A DNA stretch of 64,000 nucleotides from Candidatus Mnemosynella biddleae (GTDB lineage Archaea; Halobacteriota; Archaeoglobi; Mnemosynellales; Mnemosynellaceae). Positions within the stretch are counted from its first letter, which is position 1. Each line of letters begins with the position of its first letter. Location: the NCBI GenBank assembly GCA_002011165.2, contig MTMI02000007.1, positions 159,970 to 223,969 on the forward strand. Direction: 5' to 3'. This document shows positions 29,677 through 39,033 of the stretch, piece by piece. The notes under the pieces were generated by a model. It had not been told where the DNA came from. It made no database searches and was given only the letters and a program-made list of their open reading frames with translations. The position numbers were made by a program, and so were the translations under genes.

Positions 29677-30720
29677 ATGTCATTGATGAGAGGAAACACA
29701 CTTCTCAGAGAGAATAAAACCGATGATATAGTCAGGCGTCTTGGTGTGATTACAGCTGATAGAGTGCATTTGAGGAGATATCCCATTTCCAATCCCGTCA
29801 CAATCTTCAATCCTGCTATGCTTATTGAGAATAGCATTGCAACGATTTATGCTAGAATAATTCTCGGATATTACTCTTATACCAGTGCGGTTGCTGAGAT
29901 CAAAATACCTTTGGAGGAGCTTTACGATCTAACTCTAGGAAATTACACCGCAGAGATAACCGTTTATCCTGATAACAAGTTTGACATTTATGGAGTTGAG
30001 GATCCAAGAGCCTTTGAAATAAAGGGTATGAAGTTCATGATATATTGTGGAAGAACAGTAGCATATTTCAATCCAGCAATCAGAACCGAGAGAACACTTC
30101 CAGTAACAGCCGTTTTTGATGGAGAAGCTTGGAGGAAGATCTTCGTTTTCAGGATGCCTTCTGGAGTTAGGGAGTCTGTGATTAGTGACAAAGATGCATT
30201 CATAGTGGAGAGCAAGGAAGGTTTCAAACTCTTCCACAGACCACACATGAAGAATGAAAATGAAGGTTTTCATCTCTGTATCAGTGAGATACCGAATGAC
30301 ATTCTTTCTATGGTTCAGCATTCGGAGATGAAGGAGATTGTCGTGAGGAACACAACTTCAGTTCTTGAACCCGAAAAATTTGAAATGAAGCTCGGATGGA
30401 GTACCCCTCCAGTAAGGGTCGGAAAAGAGCTTCTTCTGATACTCCATGCTCTTGATAAAGAAGGCGTATGTTACAGAGCATTTGCACTTCTCATGAATGA
30501 GGAGATGGAGATTACTGCGGTAACTCCTCACTATATCATGGAACCGAAAGAGCGGTATGAAACTTTCGGAGATCGTCCTTATGTTGTGTTCCCATGTGGC
30601 GCTCAGATAGTGGATGATAGACTTTTGATCTCGTATGGAGCAGCCGATTTTGCGGTGGGGATTGGAGAAGTGGATCTTTCTGAACTCATGTCAATTCTTG
30701 ATTCAAACCGTTTGGTCTAA
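29677..30720 (+). CDS. GH130-family glycoside phosphorylase/hydrolase-like protein (PH1107-related)
   Basis: FNPAM near the N-terminus, the GVEDPRAFEI motif, and the C-terminal ISYGAADFAVGIG are typical of 5-bladed-propeller GH130 proteins. Confidence 0.65.
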   Translation: MSLMRGNTLLRENKTDDIVRRLGVITADRVHLRRYPISNPVTIFNPAMLIENSIATIYARIILGYYSYTSAVAEIKIPLEELYDLTLGNYTAEITVYPDNKFDIYGVEDPRAFEIKGMKFMIYCGRTVAYFNPAIRTERTLPVTAVFDGEAWRKIFVFRMPSGVRESVISDKDAFIVESKEGFKLFHRPHMKNENEGFHLCISEIPNDILSMVQHSEMKEIVVRNTTSVLEPEKFEMKLGWSTPPVRVGKELLLILHALDKEGVCYRAFALLMNEEMEITAVTPHYIMEPKERYETFGDRPYVVFPCGAQIVDDRLLISYGAADFAVGIGEVDLSELMSILDSNRLV

Positions 30721-30799
30721 TTGCATTTTTGGAAAGTTTTTAATATTTTAGTTCAGATTCCATTTTTAAAGCTCTCATAACACTCCTTTTTCGAAGGGG

Positions 30800-31924
30800 G
30801 TGAAAACATTGAGAATTGGTCTCATCAGTACCTATGGTGTTAAGTGTGGAGTTTCAACGTATACAGAACATCTCATAGAAAGTCTCATGAAATTCGGAGG
30901 GAATGAAATTTTCGTTTTTGCGGAGGATAATAATAAAAGAAGTTCGAGAAATGAATTCTCATCTACAATTGAGTTTGTTAGATGTTTTCACAGATATGAT
31001 GAAAGTGAGGAGCGAATTATTGAGGCAATCGAAAAGAGAGCTCCAGAGATCATTCATATACAGCATGAATATTCCATCTTCAGAAATACGAAAATGCTCG
31101 AAAAGGTTCATGAGATATGTGAGGATAGAACAATAATGACTCTTCATACGATAAATCTTGAGAATAAGTTTGATCTAGGCGGGTTAGCAGATTATTACAT
31201 AGTTCATAACGATATTTCGAGGGATTATCTAATTGAAAATGGGATTCCCGAGGAGCGGGTGAAAGTTATTCATCATGGGACTTTAATCGCTCCTCAGATG
31301 TCAAAGAAGGATGCTAGGAAAAAGTTAAATCTACCGTTAAATAGAAAGATTCTTCTATCTCATGCTTTCTTCGAGAAGAAAAAGAACATAGATCTCATTC
31401 TCCAGGCAGTTGCTGAGCTCAGAGATGAAATTCCTTTATATTATCTTCACGCTGGCGGTGTCCATCCTTATGGATATCCTCCCGAAAGACATCAGCTTTA
31501 CTACGAGAAATGTTTGAAACTTGTGGAAGAACTTGGAATTTCTGATATTGTTAGATTTGATGCAGAGTTCATACCTGATGAGGAGCTTTTTGTTTATCTC
31601 AATTCAGCAGATGTCATTATGGTTGTGGAGGAGAACAAATATCCTCTGCTCTCAGCTTCGGGAACGATGCATACTGTGGCGAGAAGACCAGTTATAGGTT
31701 CCGACCTTCCAACTTTTTCAGAGTTTCCTGAAGGATGTTTTTACAAGGTTGATTTGTCTCTCGAGTCTATCAAGGAGGCGGTGAGAAAAGTTCTAGGAGA
31801 TGAAAAACTTTCAGAAAGTCTTGTGAGGAGAATGATGGAATATGCAGAGAAAACATCTTGGGATAAAATAGCAGAAGAACATCTGAAACTCTATAGAGAG
31901 GTTATTAAAAAGGCCGAAGAGTGA
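30800..31924 (+). CDS. glycosyltransferase, GT-B fold (GT4-like)
   Basis: 374 aa. N-terminus IGLISTYGVKCGVSTYTEHL, two-Rossmann layout. GTG start preceded by GAAGGGGG. Confidence 0.6.
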   Translation: MKTLRIGLISTYGVKCGVSTYTEHLIESLMKFGGNEIFVFAEDNNKRSSRNEFSSTIEFVRCFHRYDESEERIIEAIEKRAPEIIHIQHEYSIFRNTKMLEKVHEICEDRTIMTLHTINLENKFDLGGLADYYIVHNDISRDYLIENGIPEERVKVIHHGTLIAPQMSKKDARKKLNLPLNRKILLSHAFFEKKKNIDLILQAVAELRDEIPLYYLHAGGVHPYGYPPERHQLYYEKCLKLVEELGISDIVRFDAEFIPDEELFVYLNSADVIMVVEENKYPLLSASGTMHTVARRPVIGSDLPTFSEFPEGCFYKVDLSLESIKEAVRKVLGDEKLSESLVRRMMEYAEKTSWDKIAEEHLKLYREVIKKAEE

Positions 31925-31931
31925 AAAATTT

Positions 31932-33398
31932 TTGAATGTCGAGGAACGAATTGAAACCATGGATCTTTTGAGAAAGGGAAAGTTCAAAGAAAAGATGGAT
32001 GAAGAGGCCGTGGACTTCACGTCTTCAATGGATTTCGATCAGTGGATTTTTCTTCATGATCTCAATGTGGATAGGGTGCATCTCCTGATGCTGAAAAAAC
32101 AGGGAATCATAAATGAAAACACCTGCAGAGAGATTTTAAAAGCTATTGATATGGTTGAAAAGGAAGGTTTTGAGTCTTTGGAGAGGATGGAAGATGTTCA
32201 TATAGCAAAAGAGACGAAAATTCTTGAAATTGTCGGAGAACTCGGAGGAGCTCTTCATAGTGGAAGATCAAGAAATGACGAAGTTGCAACTTGTTTGAGA
32301 ATGGCATCCAGAGATTCTCTTCTCAAGATCTTCTCCTCACTTCTGAAGTTGAGAGAAGTAATTCTTGAAATTTCCAAAGAGAATTTAGAAACTCTCATAC
32401 CCGGATATACACATCTTCAACACGCTCAACCAACTACTCTGGCTCATCATTTACTGGCTCATGCTTCTGCTCTTAGAAGGGATGCAGAGCGAATAAAGGA
32501 GTGTTTCAGAAGGGTCAATCAATCTCCTCTCGGAAGTGCCGCTCTGGTCTCAACCTCTCTTCCGATAGATAGAAATTTCACAGCATCTTTACTGGGGTTC
32601 GATTCCATTATCGAGAATTCTATGGATGCAATTTCATCACGAGATTTTGCTTTAGAATGTATGGGCGTTTGTTCAAATCTCATGATTTCGCTTTCGAGAA
32701 TAGCGGAGGAACTTATTCTTTGGAGCACCTCAGAGTTTCAATTTGTGAAGATTGGAGATGCTTATGTTTCCACGAGCTCTATCATGCCTCAGAAGAGAAA
32801 TCCAGATGTTGCGGAGCTAATAAGGGCAAAATGCGGTACAGTAATCGGATCTCTTATAAGCTCTCTCTCAATTGTGAAATCTCTTCCTCTTAGCTACAAC
32901 AGAGATCTTCAGGAGATCACATCGCATTTGGAAAGGGTGTTGGATATCACAGAGAAGAGTTGCGAAATGCTTGCGAGAATGCTGAGATCATGCGAATTCA
33001 ACAAAGAGAGAATGAAAGAGGAGGCAGAAAAAGAATTCACCACTGCTACAGATCTTGCAGAATTCTTTGTGATGAGGGGCATTCCTTTCAGAAAGGCCTA
33101 TCAGATAGTCTCAAAGTTCATCGCAGAAGGAGGAGATTTCGAAAGTTTAAAAGAACTTATGAGGCAGGAACTCGGGAAGGAACTGATGAGTGAGGAGGAA
33201 TTCCAAGAGCTGATGAAGGTGGATGGATCAATTGAGAGAAGGGGTAATGGAGGCCCTTCAAGATCTTCATGTCTGAAGATGATTGAAAATGAGAGAAGAG
33301 CCCTCGAAGAGGATAGAAAGTGGTTTGAAGAGAAGAAAAAGAAAATTGAGAGCTCTCTAAAGAACCTTCGAAGGCTTTGCGAAGAGGTGGTGAAATGA
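31932..33398 (+). CDS. argH: argininosuccinate lyase
   Basis: HSGRSRNDEVAT, GYTHLQHAQPTT, and the signature STSSIMPQKRNPD. Confidence 0.9.
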   Translation: MNVEERIETMDLLRKGKFKEKMDEEAVDFTSSMDFDQWIFLHDLNVDRVHLLMLKKQGIINENTCREILKAIDMVEKEGFESLERMEDVHIAKETKILEIVGELGGALHSGRSRNDEVATCLRMASRDSLLKIFSSLLKLREVILEISKENLETLIPGYTHLQHAQPTTLAHHLLAHASALRRDAERIKECFRRVNQSPLGSAALVSTSLPIDRNFTASLLGFDSIIENSMDAISSRDFALECMGVCSNLMISLSRIAEELILWSTSEFQFVKIGDAYVSTSSIMPQKRNPDVAELIRAKCGTVIGSLISSLSIVKSLPLSYNRDLQEITSHLERVLDITEKSCEMLARMLRSCEFNKERMKEEAEKEFTTATDLAEFFVMRGIPFRKAYQIVSKFIAEGGDFESLKELMRQELGKELMSEEEFQELMKVDGSIERRGNGGPSRSSCLKMIENERRALEEDRKWFEEKKKKIESSLKNLRRLCEEVVK

Positions 33399-34642
33399 AA
33401 GAGGGAGATCGTGTAATTGTCAGGAAAGAGGGGAAGATCTACGAAGGGATTCTCATGCCAGAGAGAGATGGCTTCATAGTTCTCAAGCTCGATAACGGCT
33501 ATAACATAGGAATCAATCCCGAAGGAGCTGAGATAGAAGTTTTAGAGGAATTCAGGAGTCAGGAAGTTCGAAAAGAGGTTCTCGAAGAGAGAGATGGATT
33601 ACCTTTAATCTCGATAGTTTCTACGGGCGGAACGATTGCGAGCAAAGTGGATTATAGAACTGGAGCAGTAACAGCGAAATTCTCTCCAGAAGAGATTCTC
33701 GAACTGATACCGGAGATGAAGGAACTTGCAAATTACAGGGGTAGATCTCTCTTCAATATCCTCAGCGAGAATATGAGACCAGAAAACTGGGTACAAATGG
33801 CAAAAGCTGTTTACGAGGAGATTAAGAACGGAGCGTATGGAGTCATCATAACCCATGGAACCGATACAATGGGTTATTCTTCTGCTGCTCTTTCTTTTAT
33901 GCTCAGAACTCCTGTTCCTGTGGTCTTTGTTGGAGCTCAAAGGTCTGCAGACAGGCCGAGTAGCGACAATGTTGTAAATGCGGTTTGCTCGACTCATGTT
34001 GCTAAAAGCAACATAGCGGAAGTGGTCGTTGCGATGCATCATACAACATCAGATGATTTGGTTGCGGTTCACAGAGGAACTAAGGTTAGGAAGATGCACA
34101 TGTCAAGAAGAGATGCCTTTAAATCTATCAATGCCACTCCAGTTGCACTCGTGGAATATCCTTCAGGAAAAATAAAAGTTCTGGGCGATTATGTGAAGAG
34201 GAATGAGAGAGAACTTGAAATTTATCCGAAACTCGAAGAGAAATGCGCTCTCTTAAAATTCTTCCCCGGCTCTCCTCCAGAGATCATTGATTTCTTTATC
34301 GAGAGAGGCTACAGAGGTATCGTGATTGAGGGAACGGGTCTCGGGCATGTGAGTGCTGAGTGGATTCCACATATCAAAGAAGCGGTTGAAAGTGGAGTTC
34401 TCGTGACAATGACATCACAGTGTCTTTTTGGAAGAGTCTGTGATAGAGTTTACGATACGGGAAGAGATCTTCTAAGAGCAGGAGTTGTTGAAGCTGAGGA
34501 TATGCTTCCCGAAACAGCTCTCGTGAAATCAATGTGGCTTCTCGCTCACTACGATCTTGAGGAAGCGAAAAGGCTAATGAAAGTAAATCTTGTTGGAGAG
34601 ATAAATCCGAGATCTACGGGAGGTGCAGAATTTGGATTTTAA
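33395..34642 (+). CDS. gatD: Glu-tRNA(Gln) amidotransferase subunit D
   Basis: ATGA overlap with the argH stop. Asparaginase motifs STGGTIAS and THGTDTM. Confidence 0.92.
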   Translation: MKEGDRVIVRKEGKIYEGILMPERDGFIVLKLDNGYNIGINPEGAEIEVLEEFRSQEVRKEVLEERDGLPLISIVSTGGTIASKVDYRTGAVTAKFSPEEILELIPEMKELANYRGRSLFNILSENMRPENWVQMAKAVYEEIKNGAYGVIITHGTDTMGYSSAALSFMLRTPVPVVFVGAQRSADRPSSDNVVNAVCSTHVAKSNIAEVVVAMHHTTSDDLVAVHRGTKVRKMHMSRRDAFKSINATPVALVEYPSGKIKVLGDYVKRNERELEIYPKLEEKCALLKFFPGSPPEIIDFFIERGYRGIVIEGTGLGHVSAEWIPHIKEAVESGVLVTMTSQCLFGRVCDRVYDTGRDLLRAGVVEAEDMLPETALVKSMWLLAHYDLEEAKRLMKVNLVGEINPRSTGGAEFGF

Positions 34643-36500
34643 AAAGCTTGGTCTCCGAGCTGGTTTGGAGATCCATCAACAGTTGAAGACTAAGGAGAAG
34701 CTATTCTGCAGATGCCCTCCTGAGATGAGAGATTTTGAGGAGAGCTCTTATCAGTTCTTCAGATATCTTCACGCTACTCCTTCTGAACTCGGTGAAGTCG
34801 ACGTTGCAGCAGAGGAAGAAGTCTCTTTGAGACGAAAATATAGCTATTTTGGATACGATTCAACCTGTCTTATCGAAAATGATGAGGAACCTCCAAAAGA
34901 GCTCGATAGAGAATCTCTTGAAATAGCGTTGATGATTGCCAAAATGATGAACATGCAAATCGTCGATCAAATTCACGTAATGAGAAAGATTGTGGTAGAT
35001 GGTTCAAATACAACAGGATTTCAGAGAACTGCTCTGATAGCTCTTGATGGGTATATTGAGGTGGATGGGAAAAAAATTCGAATTCCATCTTTATGTCTTG
35101 AGGAGGATGCAGCCCAAAGGATTGAGGGAGATAACTTCTCTTTAGATAGACTTGGGATACCTCTTGTGGAGATCTCAACCGCTCCAGATATGGAGAGCCC
35201 GGAGGAGGTTAGGAAGGTTGCAGAGCGAATAGGTGAGATACTGAGATCAACCGGGAGAGTGAGGAGAGGTCTCGGAACTATAAGACAGGATGTGAATGTC
35301 TCAATCTCAGATGGTGCGAGAATCGAGATAAAAGGCGTTCAGGAACTCGAGATGCTGGAAGAGATAGTGAGACTTGAAGCGAAAAGACAGCTCGAACTCT
35401 TGAGGATCAGAGATGAACTAAGAAGAAGAGGAGCTTCAGTTGGAGATGTTAAAGAGGTGACAGAACTTTTCAAAAACACGAAATCGAAAATTCTCAGGAG
35501 AAAGGTCGAAGAGGGAGGAATAGTCCTTGCTTTACTGCTCAGAGGTTTCTCTGGCTTACTTGGAAGAGAGCTAATTCCGGGTCTAAGATTTGGAACGGAA
35601 ATTGCAGACAGAATGAGAAGAAGAGGTGCGGGTGGGTGTTTCCATACCGATGAGCTTCCTGGTTACGGAATAACCGAAGATGAGGTGACCAAACTTAGAG
35701 AGTTTATGAACGCTCAGGAAAATGATGCAATTCTGATAATTGCTGAAAAAAGGGAGATTGCTGAAAAAGCAATGGAAGCGGCGATAAAGAGGTGTAAAGA
35801 AGCTCTTCAGGGCGTTCCAGAGGAAACGAGGAGGGCTATGGAGGATGGAACAACAAGATATATGAGACCTCTACCTGGGGCGGCGAGGATGTATCCTGAG
35901 ACTGACATCCCTCCCGTAAAGATTACGAGAGAGATGCTAGAGAATATAAAGATTCCCGAGTTGATAAGTGAAGCTGAGGAAAGATTCAAAAAAGAATACG
36001 GATTAAACGAGGAACTCGCGAGAAAAATTGCCAGATCTGAGAATCGTTTCCTCTTCGAAAGAGTAGTAAAGGAATTTGAAATCTCTCCTCAACTCGTTGT
36101 GCGGGTTATTGAGGAGATAATTCCGCAGATTAGAAGAGAAGGAGCCAAGGTTGAAAGTTTGAGTGAAGAACACTTCATGTCATTCTTCAAGGCAATGAGT
36201 GAGGGAAGATTCGCAAAAGAAGCGTCTGACGAGATTCTCATGAAGTGGTGCGAAAAGCCTGAGAATGATCTTACGGAGATTTTAGAGGAACTCGGAATAA
36301 AGGGAGGAACATTTGAAGAACTCAAAAAATTCGTGAAAAAGCTTGTTGAAGAGAGAAAAGATTTTGTGAAGGAGAGAGGTGAAAGAGCGTTCTCACCTCT
36401 CATGGGGATGGTGATGAAAGAGTTCAGAGGGAAAGTAGACGGAAAAATTGTAAGCGAAGTACTGAAAGAGGAAATCAGAAAGGTCCTCGAGGAGGGGTGA
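34623..36500 (+). CDS. gatE: Glu-tRNA(Gln) amidotransferase subunit E
   Basis: GLEIHQQL near the N-terminus, 625 aa, and a GatB/YqeY-like C-terminal domain. Overlaps gatD. Confidence 0.92.
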   Translation: MQNLDFKKLGLRAGLEIHQQLKTKEKLFCRCPPEMRDFEESSYQFFRYLHATPSELGEVDVAAEEEVSLRRKYSYFGYDSTCLIENDEEPPKELDRESLEIALMIAKMMNMQIVDQIHVMRKIVVDGSNTTGFQRTALIALDGYIEVDGKKIRIPSLCLEEDAAQRIEGDNFSLDRLGIPLVEISTAPDMESPEEVRKVAERIGEILRSTGRVRRGLGTIRQDVNVSISDGARIEIKGVQELEMLEEIVRLEAKRQLELLRIRDELRRRGASVGDVKEVTELFKNTKSKILRRKVEEGGIVLALLLRGFSGLLGRELIPGLRFGTEIADRMRRRGAGGCFHTDELPGYGITEDEVTKLREFMNAQENDAILIIAEKREIAEKAMEAAIKRCKEALQGVPEETRRAMEDGTTRYMRPLPGAARMYPETDIPPVKITREMLENIKIPELISEAEERFKKEYGLNEELARKIARSENRFLFERVVKEFEISPQLVVRVIEEIIPQIRREGAKVESLSEEHFMSFFKAMSEGRFAKEASDEILMKWCEKPENDLTEILEELGIKGGTFEELKKFVKKLVEERKDFVKERGERAFSPLMGMVMKEFRGKVDGKIVSEVLKEEIRKVLEEG

Positions 36501-37192
36501 GGCTGAGAGGGGCATCACTCTTCAGTGGAGGAAAAGACTCCACCTATGCCACTTTTCTTGCGGAGAAATCTGGAATAAATGTTGAACACCTTATCATCAT
36601 CGAACCCGAGAGAGATTCAATGATGTTTCACTATCCGTGCATAGAGGTTGCGGAAATCTCAGCCGAATTGATGGGTAAGGAATACACAAAAGTGAAAGTA
36701 TCAAAGGAAAATGAGGAAGAAATGGGGGAAGTGAAAGAGATTCTGAGAGATCTCAACATAGAAGTTCTGGTGAGCGGAGCAATAGCATCCGAGTATCAGA
36801 GAAAGAGAATCGAAAAACTCTGCAAATCACTTGGAATTCTTTCGGTAACTCCTCTCTGGAAAAGAGATCCTGTAGAGACACTTCGAGAGATGGTATCTCT
36901 TGGGTTCGAGATAATGGTGGTGGGATGTTTTGCAGAAGGTATGACGAGAGATTTCTTGGGAAGGGTGATAGATGAAGAAATGATTCGAAAGCTGGAGGTG
37001 TTAAGAGAAAAATATGGAATACATCCTGGTGGGGAGGGGGGAGAGTTTGAAACCCTTGTGCTCTCGGGACCTCACATGAAGGGAAGAATAGATTTGGACT
37101 ACGATATCTTCTGGAGGGGGGACAGCGGATATCTCGTTGTGAAGGAGATTAAAGTTCTAAGGGGAGACTCATGGAAAAGTACAAAAAGCTAA
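36497..37192 (+). CDS. PP-loop ATP pyrophosphatase of the MJ0570 / diphthine-ammonia ligase (DPH6-like) family
   Basis: PP-loop LFSGGKDSTYA, later GAIASEYQRKRIE and GEGGEFETLV. Confidence 0.75.
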   Translation: MRLRGASLFSGGKDSTYATFLAEKSGINVEHLIIIEPERDSMMFHYPCIEVAEISAELMGKEYTKVKVSKENEEEMGEVKEILRDLNIEVLVSGAIASEYQRKRIEKLCKSLGILSVTPLWKRDPVETLREMVSLGFEIMVVGCFAEGMTRDFLGRVIDEEMIRKLEVLREKYGIHPGGEGGEFETLVLSGPHMKGRIDLDYDIFWRGDSGYLVVKEIKVLRGDSWKSTKS

Positions 37193-38241
37193 TTCTTACT
37201 TCGATCATTATTAGCATCATCGCAACAGTTTTAGTTCTATACTTCACAATTTCCGAGGAAACGTTCCAAGCTCTCTCTAAGGTGAGAATAGAATTCCTCT
37301 TTCTTGCAATTCTTATGCATTTGACCTCTTTCTTCATCTGGGCTCTGAGAATAAAGGTTTTAGCTAAAACTCTTGGATTCAGAGTCGATTTGAGAAGATC
37401 TCTCGAAATGGTTGTTTCGAGTGTCTTTACAGCAGCAATAACACCATCGCATGCAGGAGGAGAACCAGTGAGAATCGCTCTTTTAACAAGATGTGGAATC
37501 TCGCCCGGGGATTCAAGTGCGATAGTCCTCGGGGAGAGGGTGATGGACGGAATTTTTTTGGCATTTATTGCACTTCTGGGGCTTTTTGTTCTTCAATCCT
37601 ATTTAGAAGGTCACGAATATTTAAGAGCGGTCACAGTTTTCTCAATTCTTATCATTCTTGGAGGTATAATTTTCCTGATAATCTCATTGGCTAATCCTCA
37701 GGCTCCTGAAAAGACTAAGAGAATTATTCTAAGAATATCTGAAAGTTTTGAATTTCTAAGAAAAAGGGAGATGCTTTTGGAGAAAATTTTCGAGGAGCTA
37801 ATGAATTTCAGAGCTGCGATGATAAATTTTGCGAGAAGGAGAAATCATGGGACGTACTACGCTTTCATCTTAACAGCTCTCTTCTGGACTAACGAGTTTC
37901 TGATACCTTCAGTCATACTTTTGGGACTTCAGGAAGCTCCTCAGGTCTGGTTCTGTTATTTTGTCCAAGGAGTTCTAACTCTGATTCTCATGCTTCCCTT
38001 GACTCCAGGAAGTAGCGGTATAGCAGAACTTGGAGCAGCTACATTTTATTCCGTGATCCTTCCTTCATACAAACTCGGGATTTTCGTAATAGTGTGGAGA
38101 TTCACGATTTATCACTTAAATCTAATTTTAGGTCTCTTCATGACTATGAAAGTTCTCAGAGATGTGAAAAGGGAAAGAAAAAAATTTTTAAAGCTTCCAG
38201 AAGGGGTAGAAAAGCAGAAAAGTGATTACGATAAGAAGTAG
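37171..38241 (+). CDS. UPF0104 / lysylphosphatidylglycerol-synthase-TM-region-like (flippase-like) membrane protein
   Basis: 356 aa with about 8 TM segments, including a PSHAGGEPVR-type loop and a PLTPGSSGIAE loop typical of the family. Confidence 0.55.
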   Translation: MEKYKKLILTSIIISIIATVLVLYFTISEETFQALSKVRIEFLFLAILMHLTSFFIWALRIKVLAKTLGFRVDLRRSLEMVVSSVFTAAITPSHAGGEPVRIALLTRCGISPGDSSAIVLGERVMDGIFLAFIALLGLFVLQSYLEGHEYLRAVTVFSILIILGGIIFLIISLANPQAPEKTKRIILRISESFEFLRKREMLLEKIFEELMNFRAAMINFARRRNHGTYYAFILTALFWTNEFLIPSVILLGLQEAPQVWFCYFVQGVLTLILMLPLTPGSSGIAELGAATFYSVILPSYKLGIFVIVWRFTIYHLNLILGLFMTMKVLRDVKRERKKFLKLPEGVEKQKSDYDKK

Positions 38242-38451
38242 AGCGAGAATTATCACAAACTTCACACTTTCAACATCACTTCCAAAAATTATCGGAAATG
38301 GTCCTATCATCACTATTCCTCCGCTTCTGATTTCAGTCTCGCTCTCTCCTGTGTTGGCAAGCTTTAAACTCTGGTAAAGAGTTGCTCCGAAGATGATGAA
38401 GAATCCGAGTAAAATGAAAAACACTCCGAGGAAGATCCACTTTTCTACCAT
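38188..38451 (-). CDS. small membrane protein, DUF131/TIGR00304-like
   Basis: 87 aa with TM-loop-TM topology and a central GGIVMIGPFPIIFG motif. Starts 1 nt after the hsp20 stop. Confidence 0.5.
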   Translation of the reverse strand: MVEKWIFLGVFFILLGFFIIFGATLYQSLKLANTGESETEIRSGGIVMIGPFPIIFGSDVESVKFVIILALLLIVITFLLFYPFWKL

Positions 38452-38452
38452 C

Positions 38453-38974
38453 TTACTCCACCTTTATTCTCTTTCCCTCTCTCTTTAATTTCTTCTTCAT
38501 TATCACTTCAAGAATTCCGTTGTTGTAAGTGGCCTTCACCGAGTCAGGATCAATCTCCGCAGGCAACTCAACCTTTTCGTAATATCTTCTCCTCTCTCCC
38601 TCACTCTTTATCTCAAGTGTTCTCTCAGTTGCATTCAGTTCAATATCTTCTTTTCTAACTCCGGGAATTTCTGCAATTACCTGAATTTCATCATCTGTCT
38701 CTATAACATCTACAAGAGGTCTCCTCTCCTCTATTCCTCTCTCCGAGATCATTGATTTTGTTCCAAACTCTCTGATGACAGGCTCTCCATCTGGACCAAT
38801 TGTTATCGAGAATCCTTTGACTACGGGTTTAATCTCTCCCCCCTCTCTTACTTCTTTGAAGATCTCTTCCATATCCCTCATCATCTTCTCCATCATCTCA
38901 TCTATGAAGCTAAAGCCTCCAAAGAAATCAAATGGATCCCAGTCCTCCCATCTTCGCTTTCTTCTCCATACCAT
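38453..38974 (-). CDS. hsp20: small heat-shock protein (Hsp20/alpha-crystallin)
   Basis: Alpha-crystallin domain PLVDVIETDDEIQVIAEIPGVRKEDIEL...ATYNNGILEVIMKK. The ATG at 38974 is preceded by GGAGGTGA. Confidence 0.88.
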   Translation of the reverse strand: MVWRRKRRWEDWDPFDFFGGFSFIDEMMEKMMRDMEEIFKEVREGGEIKPVVKGFSITIGPDGEPVIREFGTKSMISERGIEERRPLVDVIETDDEIQVIAEIPGVRKEDIELNATERTLEIKSEGERRRYYEKVELPAEIDPDSVKATYNNGILEVIMKKKLKREGKRIKVE

Positions 38975-39033
38975 CGTTATCACCTCCTAAAAAAGAAATT
39001 AAGAATTAGGAAAATTAAAAAATTTAGCGTTTC

